From an uncultured delta proteobacterium (lineage in GTDB: Bacteria > Myxococcota > Myxococcia > SLRQ01), in the NCBI GenBank assembly GCA_963727485.1, contig CAVSGM010000003.1:128001-192000 (forward strand): 64,000 bases of DNA, given 5' to 3'. The position numbers and the translations under genes are program-made. Every line of letters begins with the position of its first letter. Position 1 is the stretch's first letter. Shown piece by piece: positions 36,425-48,198 of this stretch. The notes below the pieces were generated by a model, which saw only the letters and a list, made by a program, of their open reading frames with translations, made no database searches and was not told where the DNA came from.

Positions 36425-39008
36425 CTAGTCCATCCCCGAGAGGCGGCTGACCTCGCCGTTGAGGAACTCGTTCTCGTCCTTGAGGTCCGAGAGCTCCTCC
36501 TCGACGGCGGCGAGGCGCTTCTTCAGGGCCGCGGTGTCCCCGCCGCCCCCGCCGGCGGCCTTGGCCGCCTCGAGCTCCATCTTGTGGGCCTGCTGGAGCT
36601 TCTCGAGCTCGGCGGCGAGGCGGTTGGTGCGGGTCTCGCGGCTGACCAGCTCCCGGGAGAGGTCGGAGATCTTGGCGGACATCTGGTCCTGGAGCTGCTC
36701 CCGGCCGGCGGTGGCCTGGCGCGCCGCCTCGGCCTGGCGCCGGGCCTCGGCCTGGGCCTCGGCGACCTGGCCGCGGAGCTTCTTCGCCTCGCCGTGGGCC
36801 CGGCTGACCTCCTCCTCGAGGCCCCGGGTCGCGGCCTCGGCGTCGGCGGCACCCCGGTGGACCTCGGTCCGGGCGGTGTCGAGCTCGGCGGCGAGGGCGT
36901 CGGCGCGCTCGGTGGCGGCGGCGGTGTCGGCGCGGGCGGCGTCGATCCCGGCCTGGGCCTCGGCGAGCTGGGCCCGCAGCGCCTCGAGCTCGACGTCCCG
37001 GGCCTCGGCCTCGCCCCGGGCCTCGGCGAGGGCGGCGTCCCGGTCGGCGGCGGCGGCGCCGGCGCGCTCGGCGTCCTGGCGCGCGGCGTCGGCGTCGGCC
37101 TGGGCCGCGGCGGCGTCCTGGTGGGCGTGCTCGGCGGCCTCCCGGGCGGCGTCGGCGTCGGCCCGGGCCCGCGCGGTCTCGGCCTGGGCGGCGGCGACGG
37201 CCTCCTGGGCCTGGGCCCGCGCGGCGTCGGCGTCGGCCCGGGCGGCGTCGGCGTCGGCGTGGGCCTGCTCGGCGGCTTCCCGGGCCTGCTCGGTCTCGGC
37301 CTGGGCGGCGGCGACGGCCTCCTGGGCCTGGGCCTTCGCGGCCTCGGCCTCGGCGCGGGCGGCGTCGGCGTCGGCGCTGGGCCTGCTCGGCGTCGGCCTG
37401 GGCCTGCTGGGCGTCGGCCTGGGCCTGCTCGGCGGCGCTCCGGGCCTGCTCGGCCTCGGCCTGGGTGGCCTGGAGGGCCCCCTGGAGGTCCCCGACCTGG
37501 GCCTCGGCGGCCTCGAGGTCCTGCTGGAGCCGGGCCGCCTGGGCCCCGGCGGCGCCCCGGACCTGCTCGAGCTCGGCGGCGGCCTGCTCGAGGCGGGCGT
37601 CGCGGTCGGCGACCTCGCCCCGGGCCGCCTCGAGGGCGGCCTCGAGCTCGGCGACGCGCCCGTCGCGCTCGGCGAGGGCCTCGGCCTGGCCCTCGAGCTC
37701 GGCCTCCCGGTCGGCGAGGGCCGCCTCGAGGGCCTCCTTCTCGCCGGCGAGCTCGGCGACCCTGGCGTCGGCCTCGCCCCGGACGGCCTCGATCTCCGCC
37801 TCGGCCTCGCCGCGGGCCGCGGCGACGGTGGCCTCGGCCTGCTGGGCCGCCTCCGCCACCTGGGCCTCGGCCTGGGCGTTGGCCTCGGCGACGGCGGCGT
37901 CGGCGGCGGCCCGGGCCTCGGCGATCCGGGTCTCGGCGGTCTCCCGGGCCTCGGCGAGGGCGCCCTCGGCGTCGGCGATGCGCTGGGAGGCGGCCCGGGC
38001 CTCGGCCTCGCGCTCGGCGAGGGTCTCGTTGAGGACCTCGGAGAGGTCCTGGCGTGCCTGCTCGGCGCGATCCATGGCCTCGGCGTGGGCCCGGCCCTTC
38101 TCGACCACCTCCTCCTCGAGCTGGGCGATGGTGGCCAGGTGCTCGTTCTGCTCGTCGGTGGCCAGCGCCGCCTCGCCCCTGGCCTCCATCAGCGCCGACT
38201 CCAGCTCCTCCCGGGCCTCGGCCTCCTCGGCGCGCTCGGTCTCGAGGGTCTCGACGTGGGCCTGGTAGGCCTCGAGGCTCCCGGTCAGCTCGGCGATCCG
38301 GTCCGTGAGCTGCCCCCAGCCCTCCCGGGCCCGGCTCACGGCGGTCTCGAGGAGCTTGACCCGCTCCCGGAAGAACTGGGCCTTCTCGTCGGGGCTGGCC
38401 CCGGCGGGCAGGCGCCCGGCGCCGGCGAGGTCCAAGAAGGGGTCCGGGGGCAGGGCGTCGGCGTCGGGGGCCGGCGCGCCGCCCCCGGGGAGCGGCGGGG
38501 GCAGGGGCGGGGGCGCGGTGGCCCCGTCGCCGGGCAGGCCCCCCAAGGGCTCGCCGGCGGTGAGCTCGGAGATCCCCAGGTCCGAGGCCACCGCGTCGAG
38601 GCCCGCGACCTCGGCGCCGGCGGCGGGGAGCCCGGAGCCGCCCCCGGCCAGGGCGGTGAGCTCGGCGAGGAGCGCCTGCGCGTCGAAGGGCTTGTGGAGG
38701 TAGGCGTCGGCCCGGGCCTTGTTCTTCTTGTGCTGCTCGAAGGCCTCGGGGGTGGCCTCGCCGGAGATGAGGATCACCGGGATCTCGGCGAGCCCCTGGC
38801 TCCGGCGCAGGCGGCTGCACACGGTGAACCCGCTGACCTCCGGGAGCTCCACGGCCAGGACGATGGCGTCCGGGGGCTGCTTCCTCGCCGCCTCGATGCC
38901 CGCGTGGCCGTCGCCCACGGTGGTCACCGCCCACCCCGCCGGCTCGAAGGCCTGGGCCAGGGTGTGGGCGAAGACGGCGTCGCTCTCGATGAGCAGGACG
39001 TTGGGCAC
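36425..39008 (-). CDS. Pseudo-receiver plus long coiled-coil protein (AglZ/FrzS-like); frameshift at about 37376
   Basis: VLLIESD, IVLAVEL (phospho-acceptor Asp replaced by Ala), FEQHKK.KA.AD.Y..KP; over 500 aa of Ala/Glu heptads. Confidence 0.75.
37175..37334. repeat. Internal duplication with 117-bp period in the coiled-coil gene
   Basis: GGTCTCGGCCTGGGCGGCGGCGACGGCCTCCTGGGCCTGGGCC at 37175 and 37292. Confidence 0.7.
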
Positions 39009-39129
39009 GAGGCCTCTCCCGGCGGCGGGCAAGCTCGCCCGAAGCGTCGAGAATAGACCGGCCCCCGGGCCCCGAACAAGCAGGCGGCGCTGGCGCCCGG
39101 CCCGGCCGTCCCCTATACGTGGGCCACCC

Positions 39130-41681
39130 ATGCGACATCAGCTCGACAACGGACTGACGGTCCTGCTCCAGGAGAACCGGGCCGCCCGGGTGGTGGCGAT
39201 GCAGGCCTGGGTCGACGCGGGCAGCGCCGACGAGACCGACGCCGAGAGCGGGCTGGCCCACCTCCACGAGCACATGCTCTTCAAGGGCACCGCGCGCCGG
39301 GGGGTCGGGGAGATCGCCCGGGCGGTGGAGGCCGCCGGCGGCGACATCAACGCCTGGACCAGCTTCGACCAGACCGTCTACCACCTGGTGATGGCGAGCC
39401 GGGACCTGAACGTCGGCCTCGACATCCTCGCCGACGCCCTGATGCACTCGGCCTTCGACGCCGAAGAGCTCGCCCGGGAGCAGGAGGTGGTCCTCGAGGA
39501 GATCAAGCGCACCTACGACAGCCCCGGGCGCCGCGCCTCCCGGGCGATGTTCGACCTGGCGTTCACCACCCACCCCTACAAGAAGCCGGTGATCGGCACC
39601 GAGGAGACGGTGCGGGGCTTCTCCCGGGCCGACGTGGTGGCCTTCTACCGCAAGCACTACCGCCCCGAGAACGTGACCCTGGTCTGCGTCGGCGACCTCG
39701 ACCCCGACAAGACCCTGGCGGAGATCACGCGCCTGTTCGGCGACTGGCCGGTTCAGGGCGACGGGGCGCGGGAGCCCGTGCGCGTCGAGGAGCCCCCCAG
39801 GAGGGCCTGCGGATCCGGCGGCGCGAGGAGGACCTCAAGGAGGTGTACCTCGACCTCGCCTGGCACGCCCCGGCCCTCTCGCACCCGGACGTCGCCGCCC
39901 TCGACGTGCTCACCCTGGCGCTCGGCCAGGGGGAGAGCTCGCGGCTGGTGCACCAGCTGCGGCGCCGGCAGCACCTGGCCAACGACGTGATGGCGTTTGC
40001 CTACACCCCCAAGGACCCGGGGCTGCTCCTGGTCTCCGCCCAGTGCGCCGCCGAGAAGACCGAGGCGGTCCTCGAGGGGATCCTCGACACCTGCTACCGC
40101 CTGCGCACCGAGCGCCTCCCCGAGGACGAGCTGGAGAAGGCCCGGAGCATCATCGAGGCCGACGCCATCTACCAGAAGGAGACGGTGCAGGGGCAGGCGC
40201 GCAAGCTGGGCTTCTTCGAGACGGTGGCCGGGGGCGTGGCCTTCGAGGACGCCTACTACCAGCGCATCCGCCAGGTCACCGCCGACGACGTGCGCCGGGT
40301 GGCGCGCACCTACCTCTCGACCGAGGGGCTCACGGCCGTCGCCCTCTGCCCCGAGGGGACGGCGATCACCGAGGACCGGATCCGGGAGATCGCCGAGGAG
40401 GTCGAGCGGCGCCACGCCCCGGCCAAGCGCCGGGCCCGGCCCCGCAACGGGCAGATCGTCCCCATGGACCTCTCCAGCGGGGCGCGGCTCATCGTCCAGT
40501 CCGACCACCACGTGCCCCTGGTGGCGATGCGCGGGGTGCTCACCGGGGGCCTGCGCTTCGAGACCCCGGAGGTCAACGGGATCCACCTGCTCATGGCCCG
40601 GATGCTCACCTCGGGGACGCGGACCCGGACCGCCGCCGAGATCGCCCGGACGGTGGACGAGTGGGCGGCGGGGCTCTCGGGGGTCAGCGGGCGCAACTCG
40701 TTTGGCCTCGGCGCCGAGCTCCTCTCGCGCCACCTGGAGAAGGGGCTCCAGCTGTTCACCGAGTGCCTCACCGGCGCCACCTACCCCGAGGACGAGCTGG
40801 ACAAGGAGCGCAGCCAGCAGCTCGAGGAGCTGCGCACCCGGGAGGACGATCCCTCGGGGATGGCCTTCGACCTCTTCGCCGAGACCCGGTGGCGGGTGCA
40901 CCCCTACCGGATGGACGTGCTGGGGACCCCCGAGTCCCTGGGGCGCCTCGACGCCGAGGCGCTTAGGCGGTGGCACCGCAGCCACTTCCCGGTGAGCCGC
41001 CTGCACCTGGGGATCGTCGGCGACGTGGATCCGGAGCGGGCGCGGGACCTGGCCGAGGAGGCCCTGGCGGCGGCGCCGGCGCCCGAGGCGATCGCGCTCC
41101 CCGAGGTCCCGGTGGAGCCCCCGGTCGACGGCCCGCGGCGCGCCGAGACCCACCTGGACAAGGCCCAGGCCCACATCGTCCTCGGCTACCCGGGCATCAC
41201 CCTCGACGACCCGGACCGCTTCGCCCTCGAGGTGCTCTCCACGGTGCTCTCGGGCCAGGGGGGGCGGCTCTTCGTGGACCTGCGCGACCGGCGGTCGCTG
41301 GCCTACTCGGTCACCAGCTTCTCCCTCGAGGGCCTCGACCCCGGGTACTTCGCGGTCTACCTCGGGTGCTCGCCGGAGAAGGTCGACGAGGCGGTCGAGG
41401 GGATCCGGCGCGAGCTGATGGCGCTCACCGAGGCCCCGGTCGAGGCCGCCGAGCTCGACCGGGCCCGGCGCTACCTCATGGGCGCCCACGACATCGGGCT
41501 CCAGCGGGCCGGGAGCCGGGCGGCGGTGATGGCCTTCAACGACGCCTACGGGGTCGGCTACGACGCCCACCTGGGCTACGCCGACGCCCTCGCCGGGGTG
41601 GACGCGGAGGCGGTGCTGGAGCTGGCGCGGCGCCTCCTCGATCCGCAGCGCGAGATCCTGGCGATCGTCCGGCCCGGGTGA
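39130..41681 (+). CDS. M16 family zinc peptidase (pitrilysin-like); frameshift at about 39800
   Basis: GLAHLHEHMLFKGT (HxxEH), NAWTS.DQT.Y, four-domain length. Confidence 0.9.
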
Positions 41682-41768
41682 GGCGCGGCGCAGGATCGGC
41701 GCGGGATCGGCGCAGTGCGTCTTGCGGCGCCCGTCGGCGACGCCTATAGCCTTTCCCTGACGCCTCCC

Positions 41769-42146
41769 ATGCCGGACGACATCGATCGGCGGCTCCACGC
41801 CCGCCCCCGCCGGGTCCACCGGCGCCTCGCCCACCGGGTCACGGTGGCCATCGGCCCCCCCGGTGGGGTCCTGCGACCGGCGGTCACCGGCAACGTGAGC
41901 ATCTCGGGTCTCTACCTCGAGGCCCCCGGGGCCGAGATCCCGGGGGCGCGCCTCGACGTGGAGGTGGTCCCCGGCGACGGCGAGCGCTTCCGCCTCCAGG
42001 GGGTGGTGGTGTGGGCGGCGGAGACCGGCGAGACCCGGGAGGGCTTCGGGGTCTGGCTCCTCGACCCGCCGGCGGCCTGGCGGGCGTACTGCGGCGCCCT
42101 GGTCGGGGGATCTTCCCCGGAGTCGCCGGGCCCGGACGAGGACTAG
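41769..42146 (+). CDS. PilZ domain protein
   Basis: RR..RR, NVS.SGLYL, G.VVW, GFGV. Confidence 0.7.
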   Translation: MPDDIDRRLHARPRRVHRRLAHRVTVAIGPPGGVLRPAVTGNVSISGLYLEAPGAEIPGARLDVEVVPGDGERFRLQGVVVWAAETGETREGFGVWLLDPPAAWRAYCGALVGGSSPESPGPDED

Positions 42147-42157
42147 ATTTCATGGGC

Positions 42158-42496
42158 ATGGAGACCTCGCGGCCCTTTCCCAGGTACAAGCGTCGGCTCA
42201 TGGTCCGCTACGCCTTCGAGGGGCGGGACTGGCGGCCCGGGTTCACCCGGAACCTCTCGGCCTCGGGCCTCTTCGTGGAGACCCGGCACCTGGAGCCGCC
42301 GGGCACCTCCCTGACCATGGAGATCGACCTGCCGAAGCAGGGCACGGTCCAGGTGCGGGGCGAGGTGATCTGGGGCCGGGCGGTGGGCCGGGGGCTGGAG
42401 CGGGTGGCGCTGGGGGGCTTCGGGGTGCGCGTGGTCCAGGCGGACGAGGGCTGGTACCAGTTCTGCCTGGGCCTCGGGGATCCGTACCGGGGCTGA
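42158..42496 (+). CDS. PilZ domain protein
   Basis: R.FPR, NLSASGLFV, GEVIW, GFGVR. Confidence 0.75.
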   Translation: METSRPFPRYKRRLMVRYAFEGRDWRPGFTRNLSASGLFVETRHLEPPGTSLTMEIDLPKQGTVQVRGEVIWGRAVGRGLERVALGGFGVRVVQADEGWYQFCLGLGDPYRG

Positions 42497-42589
42497 GGCC
42501 CGGGCTCGGCGCAGGTCCTGCGGGCATGGGGGAAATCACCCAGGTCTTGCCTCCGTGACGCCGGCCGGTCAAGCTGGGGCCGAAAGGGG

Positions 42590-42968
42590 ATGTCCATGGA
42601 TCGACGCGAGTTCCTCCGCAGGGCCGGTCTCATCGTGGTTGCAATCCCCGCCGGGGAGCTCCTGGCGGCGTGCGGGGGCGCAGGCACCGGCAACCAGGGC
42701 GCCCACGGGGCCGACGGTGGCACGGGGCAGACCCAGACCTTCACCTCGACGCTGGTCGGCGGCCACACCCACGAGGTGACCATCGCGGTGGCGAACTTCG
42801 GCGTGCCCCCGGCCTCGGGCATCACCAAGACCACCACCCAGACCAACAGCCACACCCACCAGGTGAGCCTGACCCAGGCCGAGCTGAAGGCGGTCCACAA
42901 CGGCCAGACCGTGACCAAGGACACCACGGTCAACGCCGGGCACAAGCACAGCTTCGCCTTCGTGCTGA
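42590..42968 (+). CDS. Tat-exported small lipoprotein with three HxH motifs (3' end uncertain, probable indel)
   Basis: MDRREFL twin-arginine signal, LAAC lipobox, GHTH/SHTH/GHKH; ORF runs on into the next gene, out-of-frame TGA at 42966. Confidence 0.65.
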
Positions 42969-42990
42969 GCTCGATCCCCTCATGGGCGGT

Positions 42991-43572
42991 ATGGGTGAAG
43001 CGAGGCGCGGATCCGCCGGTCCCGGCGAGGCCCCCGAGGGCGCGTGGCACGCGGTGGCGGTCCACGCCCGGCAGGAGAAGGCCGCGGCGGCGGCGCTGGC
43101 CGACCGGGGCCTCGAGGTGTTCCTCCCCACGCGCATCGAGCGCCGCCCCTGGAGCGACCGGGTCAAGAAGGTCGAGCTGGCGTTCTTCCCCGGGTATCTC
43201 TTCGTGCGCACCGCGTTGTCGGCGGCCCGCCGGGTGGAGATGCTCAAGGTCCGGCAGGTCTACGACCTGGTGGGCAAGATCCCCGGCGACGACCGCATCG
43301 CCCGGGCCATCCCCGACTGGGAGATCGAGAGCCTGAAGACGGTGGTCCGGTCGGCGCGCGAGGTGGACCCGGTGGAGGGGCTGGTGAAGGGGACGCCGGT
43401 GGTCATCGGCGCCGGGGGGCTCAAGGGCGCGCGGGGGGTGGTGCTCCAGGGGCCCGACGGGCAGCGGCGCCTGGTGGTGCAGGTGGAGCTGCTGGGCCGC
43501 GGGGTGCGGACGACGCTGTCGGCGGAGGATGTGCTGGTGGGGGACGAGGCGGCGGGCACCGTCCGCGGGTAG
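42991..43572 (+). CDS. NusG-paralog transcription antiterminator (UpxY/LoaP/RfaH-like)
   Basis: W.AV....RQEK, FLP......WSDR.KKVE...FPGYLFV, KOW-like G..V.I..G...G..G. Confidence 0.88.
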   Translation: MGEARRGSAGPGEAPEGAWHAVAVHARQEKAAAAALADRGLEVFLPTRIERRPWSDRVKKVELAFFPGYLFVRTALSAARRVEMLKVRQVYDLVGKIPGDDRIARAIPDWEIESLKTVVRSAREVDPVEGLVKGTPVVIGAGGLKGARGVVLQGPDGQRRLVVQVELLGRGVRTTLSAEDVLVGDEAAGTVRG

Positions 43573-43579
43573 CGCGACC

Positions 43580-45462
43580 ATGTGTGGCATCAACGGGGCC
43601 TTTGCCTTCGGCGACTCGGCGCCGGAACCCTCGGTGGACGAGGCGGTGCGGGTGCGTGACGCCATGACCGCCCGGGGCCCCGATGGCGAGGGCCTGTGGC
43701 GGGATGCCGTCGGGCCGGGTGGTCCTCGGGCACCGGCGCCTGGCGATCATCGGTCTCGGCGAGGGCGGGGCCCAGCCCATGGCGAGGGCCGACGGCTCGC
43801 TGGTGGTCACCTTCAACGGCGAGATCTACAACTACCGGGCCCTGCGCGCCGAGCTCGAGGCCGAGGGCGTCGCCTTCCGCTCCGAGAGCGACACCGAGGT
43901 GCTGCTCCACCTCTACCGCCGCGACGGCGCCGAGCTGGTGCACCGGCTCCAGGGGATGTTCGCGTTCGGGATCTGGGACGCCCGGGCGCGGCGCCTGGTC
44001 CTCGCCCGGGACCCCCACGGGATCAAGCCGCTGTACTACGCCGAGGACGCGGGGACCTTGCGCTTCGCCTCGTCGGTGCGGGCGTTGGCGGCCGGCGGCG
44101 GGATCTCCCGGCGCGTGGACCCGGCGGGGGTGGTGGGGTTCCTCGCCTGGGGGGCGGTGCAGGAGCCGCGGACGATCCTGGCGGCGGTGCGGGCGTTGCC
44201 GGCGGGCTCGGTACTCACCGTGGATGCCGGGGGCGCGCCGCAGGTGCGCCGCTACTGGCGGCCGGTGGACGCCTACGCTGGACGGCGGGGCCGCCGACGT
44301 GGCGGGGGTGCGGGCGGCGCTCCGGGAGAGCGTGGGCCGGCACCTGGTCGCCGACGTGCCGGTGGGGATCCTCCTCTCGGCGGGCGTCGACTCCACCGCG
44401 CTCCTGGGGATGGCCGCCGAGGTCGCCGACCCGCCGCCCCACGCGGTGACCCTGGCCTTCGCCGAGTTCCGGGGGAAGCACGAGGACGAGGCGCCGCTCG
44501 CCGGCGAGGTGGCGCAAAGCTACGGCGCCGGCCACGACGTGGTGGAGATCTCCGGGGACCAGGTGCGCGCCGGGATCGACGCGTTCCTCGCGGCCATGGA
44601 CCAGCCGACGGTGGACGGCCTGAACGTCTACTGGGCCTCCCACGCGGTGCGGGCCGCCGGGCTCAAGGCGGCGATCTCGGGCCTCGGGGGCGACGAGCTC
44701 TTCGGCGGCTACCCGAGCTTCCGGCGCTATCCCAAGGTCAGGCAGGTGGCGGGCGTGCTGGGGCGGCTGCCGGCGCGGGGGCTGTGGGCGGCGCCGGTGG
44801 CGCGCCTCGCCGGGCCCCGGCGTCGCGACCGCCTCGCCGATCTCCTCGGGGGCGACGTGACCCCCGCGGGGACCTACCACGCCCTGCGCGGGCTCTTCGG
44901 CCTCGGGGAGCTCCGGGCGCTGTTGCCGCCGTCCCTGTGGGACGCGGCGGGGGGCGAGGTGGCGGCCCTGGGGCCGGTCACCGACGCGCTGAAGGGCACC
45001 GAGCGGCGGTCGCCATGGGTGCAGATCGCCGTGGCCGAGCAGAGCCTCTACATGCGCAACCAGCTCCTGCGCGATGCGGACTGGGCCTCGATGGGGCACA
45101 GCCTGGAGCTGCGGGTGCCGCTCGTGGATCGGACGCTCACCGAGGCGGTGGGGCCCTGGGCGGCGGCGCGGGACGGCCGGGCCGGGAAGCGGCCGCTGGC
45201 GGAGGCGCCCCGGCGTCCGCTGCCGGCGAAGATCCTCAATCGGGAGAAGACCGGCTTCGGGATGCCGCTGCAGGACTGGGTCGGCGCCGACGCCCGGGCG
45301 GGGCGGGTGCCACCGCTGCCCGGGTGGCTGCGGTGGACCGGGGGAGACGCGGCGCGGGATCGGCTGGTGGCGCGGACGGCAACGGCCGAGGTCCACTGGG
45401 CGCGGCTGTGGGCGCTCACGGTGCTGGCGCAGTACGCCGAGGCGGTGGGCGTCGAGGGGTAA
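43580..45462 (+). CDS. asnB: Asparagine synthase-like glutamine amidotransferase; frameshifts at about 43705 and 44279
   Basis: MCGI, RGPD, LGHRRLAII, FNGEIYNY, LSAGVDS, SGLGGDELFGGY, SM.HSLELRVP. Confidence 0.9.
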
Positions 45463-45521
45463 GGGGTCGGGGGGGTGACCCGCGTCGTGCCCAGGGGCTG
45501 GGCGATGGTAGCCTGCCGGGC

Positions 45522-46502
45522 ATGAGCCGCATCGCTGCCTCGATCCTCCTCGTGATGCTCATGGTGCCCGGGGCCGCCCGGGCCGCCGGGAAGACGCCCA
45601 AGTGCCACAAGCCCTCCAGCGCCCTGGAGGCCAAGGCGGTGAAGGTCGCCGAGCTCGGCTGGGCCTCCCACGACCCCCACGACCGGGCGGTGGCGCTCGG
45701 GATCCTGGCGCGGGTCCGAGGGGCCTGCGAGGCCCGGCGCATCGCCGAGGGGCTTCACGCGAAGAACCCGGAGCTGAGGTCGGCGGCGGCGCTGGCGGCG
45801 GCGGAGGTGGGCGTGGAGAAGGCCGCGGCGAAGCAGGCGGCCACCTCGCTTTTGGGCACGGAGAGCGGCTACCTCCGGGTCCGCGCGGCGCTCACGCTCC
45901 TGCGCCTCGGGGACGACGCCGGGCGTAAGGCCCTGGTGCACCTGGCCCTCGGGGCGCCGAAGACGCCCAAGGGCCCGCCCACGGTGGGGTTCGCGGTGGC
46001 GACCTACGCGGCGATGCGGCTGTCGGCCGACGCGAAGCGGGCCGGGCGCGGGGCGCTGATGGCGCTGCTCGGCGGCCAGCCCGACGTGGACCTCATGGCC
46101 CGGGCGGGGCTGGTGCGTCTCGGCGACAAGGACCAGCTGGCGCGGCTGCGGGCGGCGGCGGCGGCGGGGCAGCCGACGGCGATCCGGCTCCTGGGCGAGG
46201 TGGGCTCCAAGGCGGACGTGGCGGCGATCCGCAAGGGCATGGGCCGCTCGCCCCAGGCGCACCAGGCGGCGCTCCAGGGGCTGGCGGCGCTCGGGGACAC
46301 GGGGCCGCTGATGGCCGAGATGGCCGGGGTGGATCTCGCCCACGTGAACCACAAGAGCATGCTGCTCCTGGCCACGGCGTCGCGGGCGGGGGCCAAGGCG
46401 CTGCTGCCGCGGTTCGAGGGGCTGCTCGAGAACGGGCGGCTGCCCATGCGCCTCTACGCGGCGTACCTGGTGGTCCGGGCGGATCACCCGGGGCTGCCGT
46501 AG
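45522..46502 (+). CDS. Exported HEAT-repeat protein
   Basis: Signal peptide (ARA), repeated R..AA.AL helical units. Confidence 0.6.
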   Translation: MSRIAASILLVMLMVPGAARAAGKTPKCHKPSSALEAKAVKVAELGWASHDPHDRAVALGILARVRGACEARRIAEGLHAKNPELRSAAALAAAEVGVEKAAAKQAATSLLGTESGYLRVRAALTLLRLGDDAGRKALVHLALGAPKTPKGPPTVGFAVATYAAMRLSADAKRAGRGALMALLGGQPDVDLMARAGLVRLGDKDQLARLRAAAAAGQPTAIRLLGEVGSKADVAAIRKGMGRSPQAHQAALQGLAALGDTGPLMAEMAGVDLAHVNHKSMLLLATASRAGAKALLPRFEGLLENGRLPMRLYAAYLVVRADHPGLP

Positions 46503-46511
46503 ACTCGGGGC

Positions 46512-47412
46512 GTGCCCGAGCTCCCCGACGTCACGGTGTACGTGGAGGCCCTCGCCGAGCGGGTGGTCGGGGCGCCGCTGGAACGGGTGCGCCTCTTGAG
46601 CCCCTTCGTGCTGCGGACGGTGGACCCAGCCGTCGGCGAGGTGGAGGGCCGGGTGGTGCGCGGCGTCCGGCGGCTCGGCAAGCGGGTGGTGCTCGAGCTC
46701 GCCGGGGACGTGTACCTGGCGATCCACCTGATGATCGCCGGGCGGCTGAAGTGGCTGGAGCCCGGGGCGCCGGTTCCGAAGAAGGCGGGGCTGGCGGCCT
46801 TCGACTTCCCCTCGGGGACCTTGGTGCTCACGGAGGCCGGGTCCAAGCGGCGGGCGGCGCTGCACCTGGTGCGCGGGGCCGAGGGGCTCGCCGAGCTGGA
46901 CCGGGGTGGGGTGGAGCCCCTGGAGGTGGACCTCGACGGGCTTCCGGGCGGCGCTGACCCGGGAGGTCCACACGCTCAAGAGGTCGCTCACCGATCCGAG
47001 GATCTTCTCGGGCATCGGCAACGCCTACTCCGACGAGATCCTCCACCGGGCGGGACTCTCGCCGGCGAAGCGCACCGACCAGATGGACGACGCGGAGGTC
47101 GCGGCGCTCTTCGAGGCGACGCGGGCGGTGCTGCGGGGGTGGACCGAGCGGCTGCGCGCCGAGGCCGGCGGGGGGTTCCCGGGGAAGGTCACCGCGTTTC
47201 GCGAGGGGATGGCGGTGCACGGGCGGTACCGGAAGCCGTGCCCGGTGTGCGGCACGGAGATCCAGCGCATCCGCTACGCCGACAACGAGACCAACTACTG
47301 CCCGCGGTGCCAGACCGGGGGGCGGCTCTTGTCGGACCGGGGGCTCAAGCGGCTCCTGCGCGAGGACTGGCCGAAGACCATCGAGGCGCTGGAGGCGCGG
47401 CGGGGGCGGTAG
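46512..47412 (+). CDS. Fpg/Nei family DNA glycosylase; frameshift at about 46940
   Basis: [30 protein letters not shown]...YCPRCQ zinc finger. Confidence 0.9.
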
Positions 47413-47428
47413 GGCGCCGCACCCGGTG

Positions 47429-47557
47429 CTACCGGCCGAGGGCCTGCAGCGCCGCGCGGATCCGAGGCACGGACTGCTGCGGGATGCCCACGACCTGGTC
47501 GCAGCAGTCGCAGACGGCGGAGGAGGCTTCGCCGGGCTCGTGGGGCTGCCTGGTCAT
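47429..47557 (-). pseudogene. 42-aa ORF, possible remnant of a zinc-finger antitoxin-like protein
   Basis: ATGA overlap with the upstream gene; VCDCCDQVVGIPQQS resembles the second CxxC half of MqsA/YgiT-like fingers (recollection only). Confidence 0.3.
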
Positions 47558-48122
47558 GCTTCGATACCGAGGGCCTGGTCGAGGCGCTTCTCGAGGGCGC
47601 CAAAGGTAGCATCGAAGCGGTCCCGACGCAGGCCCGCGAGGACGGCGTTCACCGCGGCGAGGAAGCGCGCGCGCTCGGCCTCGGCGGGGTCGAGGAGCTC
47701 TCGGGCGGCGAGCCAGCTCGCCACCTCGTGCCAGCTCCAGAGGCGCGACTGGTCGAGCACGGCGACGGGGGCCGGGAACTCCCCAGCGCGCCGCTCGCCG
47801 GCGATCCAGAGGCGGATGCCCTCGCGGGTTCGGCCGGTGCGCCGGGCGATGTCGGCGGCGGTAACGAGGTCGTCGGGGAGTCACACGGACGACCCTCGCG
47901 CCGAGGCCCGCGGCGGCGACGTCCCGGATGGCGGAGAGCACGGCGACCTCCAGGCCGTCGGCCTCGCGGTCGAAGTCCAGGGTGGCGGTGCCCGCGCGGA
48001 TGGTGAGCAGGGCGTCGTCGCACCCGGCTTCGAAGAGGGCGTCCTCGACCCGGCCGTCGTCGGGCGAGAGGCCGTCGACGACCAGGGAGAAGTGGAAGAC
48101 GCTGGTGTCGGTGCTGGCCATG
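47554..48122 (-). CDS. Putative antitoxin / HTH DNA-binding protein; frameshift at about 47880
   Basis: DALFEAGCDDA...L.FDREA..L..A..SAI.DV followed by DLV...DIA.R.GRTRE.IRL...G.R..G.FP.P...LW.W.EV. Confidence 0.65.
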
Positions 48123-48180
48123 GTGCCCTCGAAGTGCGGTTTCGGGTGCCTCGGTCTCGATGTGGGCAGCCTGGTGTGGA

Positions 48181-48198
48181 TGTTGACCATTGTCAACA
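48181..48198. promoter_or_regulatory. 7-4-7 palindromic operator overlapping a TTGACA -35 box on the minus strand
   Basis: TGTTGAC-CATT-GTCAACA about 60 nt upstream of ATG 48122. Confidence 0.6.

Noticed and set aside
3959..39657. Very long antisense or alternative-frame ORFs (e.g. 3959-7084, 7812-10736, 36459-39056, 36523-39657)
   Set aside because: Shadow ORFs expected from stop-codon scarcity at very high GC; they overlap well-supported genes
43562..47412. ops-like GGCGGTAG elements at about 43565 and 47405
   Set aside because: Both coincide with TAG stop codons in GC-rich context, and the first is mismatched
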